Shown in pieces: positions 26,096 to 39,617 of a stretch of 64,000 bases of DNA (its first letter is position 1; every line of letters starts with the position of its first letter). The notes under the pieces are model-generated. The model saw only the letters and a list, made by a program, of their open reading frames with translations, made no database searches and was not told the DNA's origin. Origin of the DNA: Eledone cirrhosa. Its lineage: Eukaryota. Where the stretch lies: positions 32,798,001 to 32,862,000 of the forward strand of contig OZ024747.1 in NCBI GenBank assembly GCA_964016885.1, written 5' to 3'. Made by a program: the position numbers and the translations under genes.

Positions 26096-26889
26096 CAAAA
26101 CAAATATCTTAAGTTATTTTTCCCAATAATAATAAATATCTAAATAAATTAATTAATTGATAAACACTGTGTATATGTAGCTAATCACTCAGACGTTTGC
26201 AAAGTGCTGAGAAGATAAAGTTAATAATAAGGTCATGTGCAAAAATGCTACAAAATTAATACAAAAAGAGTTGTGATCTCTGGACTTAATCTCTGGACTT
26301 AATGCATCTAGCCAGCATCTGGGAGATATGGAGTTTAATTTCTCAGCGACCAATAGCAACTTCTTTTTCCATCTTTTAAGAGCCTTCACCCTATTTGATA
26401 GCAACTCGGTGCATGCAACACATCATTATTTATAGCAATGAATTAATATTGACAAATGTACCTTTTTATATTAGTTTTGTAATAGAAGGAATCTCATATA
26501 AAGTATCAACACTAGGATTACATTTTATACTGAGATACAGGAAGGCTTTCCTCTAGAGGAAAAAGAAGCAAACTTGATGAAATTTACAAATGTACCAAAT
26601 GTTGTTTATAATACACAATGTGTTATACTAATCTGGGGTGGTAGACTTAAGATGTCATCCAATTTAACACATTTGACATCTTTGTGTTTTTAGTAGAGTT
26701 CATTCAGTTATAAGCATTTAGGCCTAATTACCAGCTTAAGGATAATCCAAGATCTGTTGCTTATTCCTCCATTTATTTTCCCTATGCCACCATTCATAGA
26801 AGCTCTCCTGAAAAAAGCCATGAAAAAAGATACAAATAGTGTTAGTAGACTGTAAAGAGTAGAAGGAGAGAGAGAGAGAGGTGGTTACG

Positions 26890-27500
26890 TAGCATAACAG
26901 CCAGACAACATACATTTATTAATTATATGATTAGAGAGATATGATAGGAAAACATGAAGGAAGCTTGGATATGCATCTAAGAAGATCAATAGCAACAAAC
27001 ATAGACACAGTAAAAAATATATATAGGAATAAAGGTGTAACTGAAAAATTGGAAGGAAAGAAAATTGTTTCATGGATAGTTTACCAGTGAAACAGAAAAT
27101 ATACAGTGGGAGATGAATAAATCAAATGATGAAGGATTTGAAAGAGTAACACAAAGACAAACTGTTATGGCTGCATAAGAACAAGCGATTAGAACAAACT
27201 TTACTTCAAATAAAAAGTGTGCCGCATGAATGCAGCACGATAGTAATTGAGTGATGTATAGCAAAATAGAGGAATGTATCAATAATTTAGTGAATGGAGG
27301 GAGATGATACAGAATGAATACAAAGAGAGACATGAGCATTTGGTAAAAAAGATAAACTAAAAGCAGATTAGTAGAAAATTTGGATTCAAAGCAGGTGGAA
27401 AAAGATATGATGACCAAGTCAAAAGCTACTATTGAAAATATATATTGCAATGGGATTTTTCGCTGCAAATTAATCATGTAATAGAAACACAGATACAATA
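26890..27500 (+). pseudogene. Decayed R4/Dong-like (RLE-type) non-LTR retrotransposon C-terminal region
   Basis: Frame-broken TVMAA*EQAIRTN, KFGFKAG, WDF..Q..HVIE motifs, typical of the region downstream of RT in this clade. Confidence 0.5.
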
Positions 27501-27689
27501 TATGATGAAAATATAAAAACTATCCCTACAAAAATAAGTAAATCAATATCATCATCATCATTAAGACTGTTTGATGTCTATTTTCCATGCTCGCAAGTTA
27601 TGAAGTTAGACAGATCAAATGATCAGATCCTGCTCATGCACTCCGAATTTTGGTTTTCAATAATTCAGTGCCATTCCTAATGCCAACGA

Positions 27690-28110
27690 ATTTAGATTGT
27701 GTGTTTTTGTCATAGCACCAGTATGACCATCTTACAGGATAGACTAGTTGTTTTTTTCATGGCAGCACCACTACCACCTTGCAAGGTGGACTAGGTGCTT
27801 TTTGCTGTGGCACCAGCTTGAACATCTTACAGAGTGGTCTGAATATTTTCTGTTATGGCACCTGCATTGCCACTCTATAAGGAGAAAGTGGTGCTTTTTA
27901 TGTGGAATTAGCATAAACATTTTTGAGAGTAGACTAGGTGCTTTTTGCCATGGCACTAGCACTGCCACTGTATAGGGAAGCAGGGGTGCTTTTTATTGTG
28001 ACACTAAAATGACCCTATTACAGAGAGGACTGGGTGCTTTTTGTCATGGGCACTAGCACTGCAATTGTATAGGGGGGAAAGGGTGCTTTTATTGTAACAC
28101 TAACATGCTT
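27690..28110 (-). repeat. ~45-bp degenerate tandem array of the GTGCCAYRGCAAAAAGCACCYAG motif inside a SINE/RTE tail
   Basis: About 9 copies of GGTGCTTTTT..(CA)TGGCAC; the same motif occurs twice in the RTE 3' UTR at 43320-43395. Confidence 0.7.
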
Positions 28111-29667
28111 ATTACAGCAATGGAGTCCTGTCAGGAGGTTTACTGACCTCAAATTTCTTGCTGGGAACAGCAGGAATCCTATGAAGGGTATTTAGAAAGT
28201 TGAAGGAGAAGGAATGAGCCAAAGGAACTTTGGTAATTGGTTATGGCTCGTTCTTTTGGTATAGTGTTGGTATAACATCTGCCAAAACTAAAGCGCTGAT
28301 GATGAAAATAATAACTAACAGTAACAACGATAATGATGATGAAAACCTTTGATAAAACATGTAGCTTCTTCAATTCATCTATTTACAGCCATTTCAAACC
28401 TTTGAGAAGCAATATATTTTTCAAGGCTTCAATCACCTGCTTTCCATAGAAATGCAGGTTTATTCAATTTATATATTTCATAAAAAGAAATTGAAGTATC
28501 CATTTTTATTTTCTTGTTTATATATTCATTTTTTTTCCTCACTCAAAATTTACTTTATTTCTTTTGAGCCTTTGTTCTTTAGTTTTTCTTTGGGAAAATT
28601 ATATAAATAGTGTTTCTTGGGATTTTTCTTTTACATTTGATAGAAATGGAACTTTAACAAACGATAAAAGAAAATTTAAGAAACCTTAGCATGAACACAG
28701 ATATTCACATGTATCTATATATATGTAATATAACAAGAAGACATTTATGCATGCATTTTTATGAATATTGAAACATGGGTTTATATATATATATATATAT
28801 CCAAAATTTATAGCAGGGAAAATGGATATATGATGATGATATTTATATATATGTATGTACATATGTGTAGTATGTATAATATATATATATTTCAGTGTGT
28901 GTGCGTGCATATAAAATACATATATCATATCATTAATTTAGCATGCAGTTCTTGCGACAGATTGCAGGTGCAAAGTTCAGTAAATATTCTTTGGAAGAAG
29001 AAATATGCAGAATTAATTTTAGTTTTTTTTTCCATTTTTATTCAGAACTGATTCCTAACATGTCCAATATAATAGCTCAATGAAACTCTACAAACCTTTC
29101 CATTCTTCATGATAAATTCCTATTTATTCTCCCGCCTACCACATCTTACCCTCAATCTTTCACAAACACACACAAATATAGAGTTTTTCACCCTCCATCT
29201 CTTTTATAGAATATATATTTATGTTTCACCTATTTCTTTAGTAAATATTAATGTTGAAAAAAAATATATATAAAAAATTCCTAAAAAATAAATTTTATTC
29301 TTAGTAATTTTTTTTCTATTTCATTATGTCTCATTTTGTTTTGTTCCTGTTTATCAATAATATCCAAATATGTTATATTTAATTTTCTATTATTTTCTAA
29401 TATTCGAAAATATAGTTTTTGTTAATTTATTTTGTGAGTGATCTTCCATGTTATTTAAATTTTTAAACAATATTAGCAGGTCTCTCAATACCTTTACACA
29501 GTTGGGGATATAAAGTAAACAAAACACATCATAAAACACATTTCCACTACACTAAACAAATGCGCACAAGCAAGTACATACTTATACACACATATACACA
29601 CACACGCACACACAAACACATAAGTGTCTGTATACATATATTTATATATGTATATATAGTATATATA

Positions 29668-29701
<34 letters not shown>

Positions 29702-29957
29702 GAAAATATAGAAATTATTGTGAGCATGAAGCCAACAGTATTTCATAATATATATATATATATATTATAATTGAATATAAAAGAAAGATAAACACAGATA
29801 TATACATATATGTGTTCAAATCGTAAGGGACCAGATTCGCTAAGGTGAAAAAAATACTAACTATGGACAATAGGGTTTGCCAGACTCAATTTAAGAATAA
29901 ATCAAGAAAATAAATACAAACTGTAATTTTGGCAACTGCCAATCACCCAAATATATA

Positions 29958-31591
29958 TATAGTGTTATACTTTGGGAGGGTCATGTTGCCAATAAGAAAC
30001 ACACGCACCAGTTGCTTTCACTTCAATTTATTCTTTTCTTTATTTTGTGCCTCTCCTTTGTTCTGTCCTACGCCATCTTGTTGTCGTGTGTGTTGTGTGC
30101 TTAGTTTGCGCATGTGTTACATCTGGGTTTCTGGGTGTGTTTTTATTTGTTTATTTATTTGTTTATTTACATGTTACTAGTTAGTTGTTTGTTCTATGTG
30201 TGTGTGTTTTCATTGTCCTTAATTATAAGTTGTGATGTTGCTATTCTATTCATGTTTTCTATTTAATTTTGGTTGGAGTTCATTTATGTTTATTGCCTCT
30301 GTGATTTGTCTAATCATTGCGTCTTTTCTGTGTGTAGATTTTATTTTTATTTCTATGTACTCTAATTTGCCCTGATGTTCAATTTTAGCATGTTGGTGGA
30401 GTATTGATGAGTCTTTTCTATCTTGGAGTTCTCACCAGTGTTCATTTAATTGTTCTCCTATACTACGAGCTGTCTCACCTATGTACATTATATCCTTATT
30501 TTTACATTGTCCCTCAGTACATCTTATGCTATATGCTATGTTTCTAGTTTTACAGTTATTATGGGAGCTTAGCTTACAGATTATGCATTTCCTATCTATA
30601 CAGAGAGGTCTTTGAAAAGGGTATGTATTACTAAATAGTGTTTTTATGGAGGTACCTAGTCTTTCCACTATCTTAATATTTAGTTTAAGTTTATCTAAGG
30701 CCCTTCTAAATTTGTAAGCTAGTTCACCTCTAGGGGTTGTATTGATGAACATTACACTCTGGTATTTATTGCTATCATACCATGAGTTTATTCTATTAAC
30801 CTTATTCCTAGTTCTTTCTATTCTATTCCAAAATTTGCTCCTATACAAGGGGCAGGTCCCATTTGTATCATTATTTACCATTTTTTCCCATTTGGTTCTG
30901 GCTCCTCTATATACTCTGATTTTATCTCTCTGATTGTAGCCAGAGAACTGCATACGGTGGATGAATTGTTGTATGTGTCTCTCTAATTCTTTGGAGTTGC
31001 ACATGCGGGACATGTTTCTCATCACCCGTACCAAATCCGCAATCAGTATGTTGATTTTGGTATGGTCCGAAACAGTTGAGTTTCGGTGGATCAGATATTT
31101 GGAAGTCATGGGTTTGGAAATGGAGGATTTGTTTTTTGTTATTAATGGTTTCTAACAAGAGCTCTGTGTCTAGTACAGGTAATCGACGGTTGGGGTGTTT
31201 GCTTGGGTAGTCTATAGTAACTTTGATACTCTAGTGGATAGAGTTAGTTATTTGCTGGATACTTTCCATTGTGTTTTTCTCTAATTCCTGACTGTTCTCT
31301 AGTGGGGGTGTTTTTACTACAATGTTTATATCATCAACGTAACGGGAGTACATAATCAGGGTTAAGAGATTGTTGTCTTCTAATTGTTTCTTAAGTTTAT
31401 TGTCCCACCATACCATAAATCGGTTAGCTATGTCACCTACAATGCTAATGCCAATGGCTGCTCCTTCCTTTTGGGCATATGTTTTTCCATTAAATTTGAA
31501 CATATGTTCCTTAAGGGTCAGTTTTATACTGGCCCCCACAGCATGTGCAATCATTTTCTTTAGTTCATCATGGTTTTCGGGGGTCCGTATG
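29958..31591 (-). mobile_element. 5'-truncated Penelope-like element (RT + GIY-YIG), pseudogenised
   Basis: YSRYVDD RT motif; RNIAYSIRC..YIGETAR GIY-YIG; homologous to the copies at 57.5 and 61.0 kb; 3' end abuts a TA tract. Confidence 0.92.
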
Positions 31592-31858
31592 ATACTTAAG
31601 GGGTCTAATAATTACTTATCGCAAACCCCATGAAACCCGCATATAGAAGAAATATAAAAGATAATACTGATGGGAACTGCCCATATACTGAGGAAGATTC
31701 TGTCAATATAAGTACATCTCAAGTCTAAACACCTAAAAATACATGTATGTGTATATATGTTCTTTCTTGAACATGGCGGACCTTGTTGTGTATTGAGGTC
31801 ACTGGTTGTGACTTGGTGATAACTCGCAAGATAAATGAAATAGTAATAATAATAATAA
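31592..31858 (+). mobile_element. R4/Dong-like 3' terminal fragment with (AAT)n tail
   Basis: Encodes KIILMGTAHILRKILSI*, then a short UTR and AATAATAATAA. Confidence 0.65.
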
Positions 31859-32961
31859 ATGGGAACAAATAATCAGTATTGCATTATATACATATCTAAT
31901 TACATATTACGTATGTTTCACTACCAATCAGCTCAAGGAATGATCAAATATTGTTCGTTCCTGACTCTGGAATCGGAAGTTCCTCAGATATGTATTCTCA
32001 CATGTAGACACACAGCAATGATGATGATATATAGATATAAAGAATTTTCATAAAATGTTCTGAATATTTTCTTGTTAGAAACTTTGCCAAATTTTCCCTC
32101 TATAATTTATCAATAATACAGAGACATTTTCTGTTTAGACACAATAGACAATATTCTAACATTATATTGACTTCTAAGTGTCATCGCATTTGTTTATTAC
32201 ACACACACATACACACATATATGTGTGTGTACATACACAGATGAACATGTGTATGTATATATGTATGTGTATATATACATATATATATGAATGCATATAT
32301 GCATACATTATATTTATATATATAGTATATATATATATATACACTTAGTAAAATAAGTCGAAAATAAAAGCCTAAATGTTAACCTGCGAAAAGCTAAAAC
32401 ACAAGTTCACAGTTGAAGGGGACATTACAGTTTGTGTCAAGTAAATAACTTTACTTAACTAAAATAATGGAGTAGAATGGGGATATCTTAACTGAAGTAA
32501 CAATAATACATACCAAGACTAAATTGCAATACAATATTTAGTATTGCCCTATATGTCATTTTAAATTTAACCAGACTCAATATATATATATTGAAATTGC
32601 CATGCGAATTAACATCATGTGGTTTATTTACTGGACCTACAAAAGCTCAATTTAAAGTGTATAGATGAGACTGTTAAAGTGTTCTATGCAAAATGAAGGT
32701 GTGGTTTATCTATTGATATGACTTAAACAGTCCTGTATGAGCAAGACACAGTCATCTGATCTGACTTGTCTCACAATGGGTCAACTCATCTAACCCATGA
32801 TAGCGAAGAAAAATGGATGTTAAATAGTGATGATGATATACATGAGTATATAGAGGGAATCCAATATACTATATTTCTTCTCTGGCCAACATGTTAACTT
32901 TTTAACTGATTAAGATATTAGAAATGTCACCACTACTAAAACATAAATTAATATAGAAACA

Positions 32962-33866
32962 ACTAGCAGTGGCACCCGGCGTTGCACGGGATAAGGTATT
33001 TTAGAACGCGGGCCGCCAACAGACTAATCGTGGAAAAACTGCATGCCTCAACAATATATAAAGAAAATAAACCGAATACTCTGATGGCTGGATAATCTTT
33101 AACATTTTCCTTGGTGAAGAAGGAAAAATGCAAGTTTTCACCTAATGCAGGCCCTAGGGGATCAAGAAAATGAATTTTTTTATGTGCATAATATGCCTTG
33201 AAATTTTGGAAAAATCGGCTAGACGTAACGCCTTTGACTTTATTTCACTCGCTCCACTAAAAGTTGGATTTTCTTTGCTCACGGTATGAAGAAGAGACTG
33301 ACTAATACATAGTTACTAGCTTTCATTTTTAGTGTTGTGTGAAATATATAACCGCCTTAGCTAAGCTTAGTATCGTCACAACCATGGCTGGCAAAGAAGT
33401 AAGGGTCTGGTGGTATGTAAGTAAGTAACACTGTGGCTTAAAATGTGAGGAAGAAGTTGTGTGCATTTACCAACTGTTTGGGGAATGAGTGTGAGAATTG
33501 TTTTGAGCAAGGGTGGCAGAATAACTGGAGGCAGTGGGCCACAAGTGGAAAATCTGCATGCAGAGGGAATTTTGGGAAGTGACGTAATGCAGACAGCCAG
33601 ACATACAGACAGATATTATAAGGGCGCGACGTTATATGTATGTATCTATCTAAAAAGAGAATGAATAAGAATTATAGAGAGAAATCGCTAAATCGCCCAA
33701 TGCGGTCCCTAGAGCATTGAAATTTGAAATTATTTTGCTCAGAACACTCCCTGAAACATAAGTATTACATGTGTAAAGTTTGAAAACAGTGGTTGGGTGC
33801 TTCTCGAGTTTTAGGGATTCCCCCCCCCCCCCCCACATAGACATCCTCAGTTTTATATATATAGAT
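32962..33866 (+). mobile_element. Helitron/Helentron-like non-autonomous element
   Basis: 5' ACTAGCAGTGGCACCCGGCGTTGCACGGG hairpin-like start; 3' CAGTTTTATATATATAGAT; related to 6990-8172. Confidence 0.65.
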
Positions 33867-34269
33867 GATATGGATCCAAAACACCCAAAGGGGTCACCAG
33901 GGTCCCATATTAACATACACCAGATTTCTTCCAGAGAAGGATAGAAAGTAAGAGAAAAGAAGTGAGAAAGAAATATAGAGGAAGTATCTACCCCAGTACT
34001 TAACTGGTACTTTTTGTCATTGGAAGAAAGGCAAAGTTTTCTTGAGCTGTATTTGAACTGATAGAGCAGAGAGCCAGAATGATTACCACAAAGCATTCTA
34101 TCCAACATTCTAATAACCCTGCCACCTGTATAGAAACATTATATGTAGTCAAAATTAGTCCTTTGTATTTGGTCCTCTCGCTATTACTATTTAAGCAACC
34201 CTAACCATAAAAAGTAATAGTAAAGTTAGCAAACACTAATACTTAGGGTTGTACAAGACATAAACTGAC

Positions 34270-34430
34270 ATCAACGTATTACATATGAAAGTTTATATGA
34301 AAACTTGCCCAAGGTATCAAGGTATCAAGTACAATTGCTCAAAGATGGTTACAATTTGCAGGGCATTGCTGGAGAAGTAAGCAAGAAGATACACACAAGC
34401 TATTATTGAGGGTACCAACACACGGGAGAA
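34270..34430 (+). pseudogene. RTE-type C-terminal fragment
   Basis: LYENLPKVS..TIAQRWLQFAGHCWRSKQE translation. Confidence 0.55.
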
Positions 34431-34844
34431 GCAGTAGTGGAAGGCCTGCTTGAACCTTCAGTGATCAACTCTCAAATGATATAAACCTCAGTAGGGAACA
34501 GTTGCCAGGAGAATGGAAAATTGTGGATCATGGAAACACTTTGCCAGGAATGTTCAACTGCGGTCGCAATGATCATGATAATGATCACTGTTGAGCTCCA
34601 ATTTAAATAATTAACAATTTTTAATGCAATCTTTGTGTGTCCATACCCCATCTCCCATGTGTCAGAAGCAACCGTCTCCACTGATCAGGCTGGATCTCCA
34701 AGCGCGACCAGCTGAGATCATAGATGTTATCTTGCTTAGGGAGTCAATCCCTGGGTTCCTGCTAATTAATTTTCTCCAATGATTCTCTCCTGAAACATTT
34801 TAACCACATGTGCATTTGAAACAATGCCAATGTACTTAGTATCC

Positions 34845-36183
34845 CTGATGCCCAAATGAACGAACTAAACAGTTATAGAGTCAAGAAACAATTAAGGAGA
34901 TGAATAATGGTTAAGCCACTGAACTGTTAATGATAGTAGCTGAAATGCTGAAAGCACCTGAGGAATTAGGAGCTGAATTTGTCACCTGCATAGTCAATAA
35001 GATAATTCAGGGCTGAGGCATGCCTGATGACTGGCACAGCAGTATAATCATTAATTTCTACAAGGGAAAAAGTGATGTGTTAGAAAAGGAGCTATTGTTC
35101 ATTATAGTCCTCAGCCCGCTGTTGTTCATTATAGTCCTCCAAGCCATAACAGGGGGCTTTGAGATTGGCTGTCCATGGGAAATTCTCTATGCTGATGATC
35201 TGGGTCTTATAGCAGAATCAGTAGAGGAGCTAGAGAATAAATTCTGGCTATGGAAACAGAAGTTGGAAGCAAGAGGACTGAGAGTGAACCTAGCTAAGAC
35301 AAAAGTGTTGATGAGTAGAAAAGAGGACAAAACAGGGAAATGACCATGTTCGATATGCAGAAAAGGAACTGGCATAAATTCTATAAAATGTACTCAATGC
35401 ATATCTTGGGTACACAAAAGATGTAGTGGGGTAGCAGCAAACTAACAGGTAGGGAGAAATACGTATGCAGTAGATGTACAGGGAAATTAGAGAGTAGAAG
35501 TCGCATTGATAGACACATTTTTCAAATGCAGGCGGGTGCTGTAAAAGTGGTTGATAGCTTCCGCTACTTAGGAGGTCAGATTAGCATGGGAGGGGGGGGG
35601 GGTGTTCAGAGGCCATAGTATCTAGAATAAGGACGGGTTGGAAGAAGTTTAGAGAACTGCTTCCTCTGCTGATGAAGAAGGGTTTCTCCCTGCATACGAA
35701 AGGCCATTATATGGTACCTGTGTTAGGAGCGGGGTGCTGGAAGGTAGTGAGACATGGGCAGCAACTGCAGAGGATATGCAATGGCTGGAGAGAAATGAAG
35801 TAAGTATGCTCCGTTGGATGTGCAATGTCAATGTGCGTGAATGACCCAGCATGGATGTGTTGAGAGAGAAATTGTGTCTGAAAGGGATAGAATGTAGTGT
35901 GCGAAAGAAGATACTGCAGTGGTATGGACATGTGATGCACATGAAGGATGACCGATGGGCGAAGAAGTGCCAGGAAATGCCAGTTGAGGGAAGACGTGGT
36001 AGAGGTAGACCATGAAAAATATGGGCGGAGGTAGTGAGAACAAACCTCAGATCGCTGAAGCTCACGATGGAGATGATGAAGGACCGTGACAGGTGGAGTG
36101 ATGCTGTGCTGAATAAGACCTGTCCCACCCTTGCAAGCAGGGAAAAGCAGATGTAAAATGATGATGATGATGATGATGATGAA
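34845..36183 (+). mobile_element. RTE LINE (family B) with an internal deletion of the RT core
   Basis: MPDDWHSSIIINFYKGK joined directly to LSPLLFIIVL..LYADDL; same 3' end as 17765-17810; (GAT)n tail. Confidence 0.9.
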
Positions 36184-36977
36184 ATCTATATCTATATATA
36201 TATATATACACACAGATACTTACAAGCATCCATATTCATGTGGATAACTGACACACGATCACATACGAAGTGATCCCAAATACTAAGTATGGGGCCAAAA
36301 GTTTTACAGCCTGCTTTATTTTTTTATATTTCTTTATATCTAGTTTTTTGTTTTTTTTAAATAATCTTTTTCTGAGAATGAATTGTATGAAAATAACAAT
36401 AGAAATTAAACAATAAAATTAGATAAAATATAAAAGAGGATGGCTTTTGAGTGGGCGTGACCTTGGTTTGTCACAGATTTTGGTGAACTGATTGAGTACC
36501 TGGTCACACACCAATGAACACAGTGCTGAACTACAGGTCTTGTCATTCAACCCCACTCATATACCATGCAACAATTTCATCAATATTACTTTATATATAG
36601 ACATGCACCATTTAACTCTGGTTTATTCTTTCTGTATATGACAGTTGCTATGGATTATAAATTATCTGTGTTGTGTGTAGATGTATGTTGTGAGGTGTGT
36701 ATATAGTGTGTGCTGTGCATGTGTGTGTATATGATTTTTATTATATGAATTTATTTTATTTTATTTGAATTTATATATCTCTATATATATATATATATAC
36801 ATATATATACATATACATATACACTCACACACACACTTATATAAAAGAAAACAAGAGAGAGAGTGTGGGAGAGAGGGAGATAGGGAGACATACATGTATA
36901 CAAATAAATGTATATAAATTCAAATATGCATGCATGCATATTTATACACATTAAAATAAATTCATATAATAAAAATC

Positions 36978-37030
<53 letters not shown>

Positions 37031-37073
37031 TATGTAAAGCCATAAAATAGATATTTTACTCTCACACATTCAC

Positions 37074-37104
<31 letters not shown>

Positions 37105-38895
37105 AACGTTTGGAGTTAGAAGGCCAGAACAATGCAGGTTTGGATATAGAATATAAATACAAATGCAAAAGATATTGCTGACAATTAGTCTTTTACCTTA
37201 AATTTATTTATATATATTTATATACATACATACATGTGTGTATATATTTTATGGCTTTACATATATATTATACATATTGTGATATCTCTATATTTATAAA
37301 TCTCTCTCTCTATGAATGGAATTTCCTGTATGTTTGCTTTTAAAGGCATCTGCATGCATCTGTATACATTGTATGATATGTAGGTTTCTAGTGTGTATGT
37401 TTGAGATTTTTCTCTATGGATATATGGGCTTCCATTTTGTGTCTATATGTATGTGATGTTTCTTTTGTGTCTAAGTATATGTTTGCTTCTGAATGCATGT
37501 GTGTATTTATTGTTGGTGTATGTGTAGATGTATTTGGTGAGGGTTAATAAGCAGACATTTTCTCTTTTGTAACTTCCAGCTTTCATATGTAGTTACATAT
37601 TTCTTCTGTGTTTGATGTACATTTGCATACTGAATCTCTATGTAATTGTATATGTATGTGTGTGTTTTGAACACTATATATTTCTGTATGTGTACACATG
37701 TGTACAATTGACTCTTTTTACACATGATACACAAGTGATTTGTATCCCTGTTATCTATTTCAAAATGTAGATACCTGTGTATGTATGTATATGAATTTAT
37801 GTACATGTGTGTCAGTGTGCATATAACATCATCATCATCATCAAAACTGACCTTAAATAATGATATATATAATATATATATTGATATATAATATGTATAT
37901 ATATATCTATATATATATACATATATATATATATTTACATACACACACATACACACATGTATATTCATATATATACACACAGATAAATATGTATGCATAT
38001 AGATATTAATGTTAATGTTCATTTATAAATTCATGTAGATGATCATATATATATATATATTTATATATATGTGTGTGTTTGTGTGTGTGCATTCAAAAAT
38101 TCAAGGGAAACATACATTTACAAAGAACAGGAAAATCTAGATTCACATAGTTGTACAGATTCATATATGCATATACATTACATTTTCATACACATACAGA
38201 CATGATTTCATAGAGACATTGCTATTAAACTCAAACTATACTGTTTGGCATAATATTCTGTGAATTCTCTCTTCCCAATTCTGTTCCATGATACAGAAGA
38301 TTATATCCTATTATCTTCTAGTAAATTTTTGTTAATTCTCATGCAGCCATTCACACATACATGCACATACCAACACACACACATACACCAGTATTCAACC
38401 ATATACACACATAATGCTCTGCTTTCAATAAAAGCCGATATATATGAATGACAATTGTATTCTTCTTTCTAACATTTTAATATTGATTTCTATCATAGAC
38501 ACAATATCTTAGATTTATTGGTGAATGGCAAAAGCCATGGAGATGTAGGGACATCACTAAAGGCTTCATACTCCTCTAGTTTATTTAAGAGATTGAGAAC
38601 AAGATCAAAAGTACATCAGTTTCATAGAATCCATCCATCTCTAAGCTTATGGCAGCAAAATTAATCAATCACTAGGCTTAACACCACCACTTGGCATTTT
38701 GGTGATTTTAGTAGACTAATTTGTTGCAAGTATCTGTGCTAGGTCTCCAATCTGGCACAGATAACAGTTTACCTTCCTTCCATTAGTCACACACACCCTG
38801 AAAATGTCATGGATGCTGTCTCCTTTCCTATAGCTCGATTGATTGATCAAATCAATTCACAAGATCCCAGAACTCATTCACTTACTGAATTAAGT

Positions 38896-39020
38896 CATGT
38901 GGCTTAGCGGTTAGAGAATAGGATTCGTGATTGTGAGGTTGCAAGTTTGATACTCAGACTGGGCCTTACGTCTTTGAGCAAGTCATTTTATTTCACATTG
39001 CTCTTTCTGCCATGAGTTGT
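38896..39020 (+). mobile_element. tRNA-derived SINE head
   Basis: TGGCTTAGCGGTTAGAG (A box), GTTTGATACTC (B-like), TCTTTGAGCAAGTCATTTTATTTCACATTG. Confidence 0.65.
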
Positions 39021-39145
39021 GACTGGGAGATACTATCAGCAATAGAAAGACGAATGGAAACATTGTTTCCTTGGTCCAATTTGATGAGTTCCTATAACTT
39101 GCTCATTAAAAAACGAGCATCAACAAAACAACTAAATCATAATAT

Positions 39146-39617
39146 AATTGTTTCTACTTTTGGCACAAGGCCAGCAATTACCCAGTACATTACTGGTACT
39201 TTATTTTATTGTCCCCGTAAGGGTGAAAGGCAAAGTTAACCTCGACGGGATTTGAACTCAGACCGTAAAGAGACGTAACTATGCTAGAAAGCATGGTGTC
39301 CAACCCTCTACTGATACTGCCTATTCACTGCCCTAAATCATAATATAATAAAGGGAGAAGTGCGGGACAGCGTCCAGAATATATTTTTTATCCCATTTGT
39401 AAAATAAGTTGGATTACTTTGAATAAATAATTGTTTCTACGTTAGGCACAAGGCCAGCAATTATCCAGTGTATTACTGGTACTTTATTTTATCGACCCCG
39501 TAAGGATGAAAGGCAAAGTTAACCTCGGCGGGATTTGAACTCAGACTGTAAAGGGACGTAACTATGCTAGAAAGCATGGCGTCCAACCCTCTACAGATAC
39601 TGCCAATTCACCGCCCT
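39146..39617 (-). mobile_element. Two well-preserved neighbouring SINE copies (39146-39334, 39428-39617)
   Basis: Near-identical ~190-bp sequences with B box GAGTTCAAATCCC on the minus strand and the TTTGCCTTTCA core. Confidence 0.85.

Noticed and set aside
31688-31710. CTGAGGA motif as a hammerhead
   Set aside because: It is coding sequence (ILRKILS) of the R4/Dong-like fragment and has no stems.
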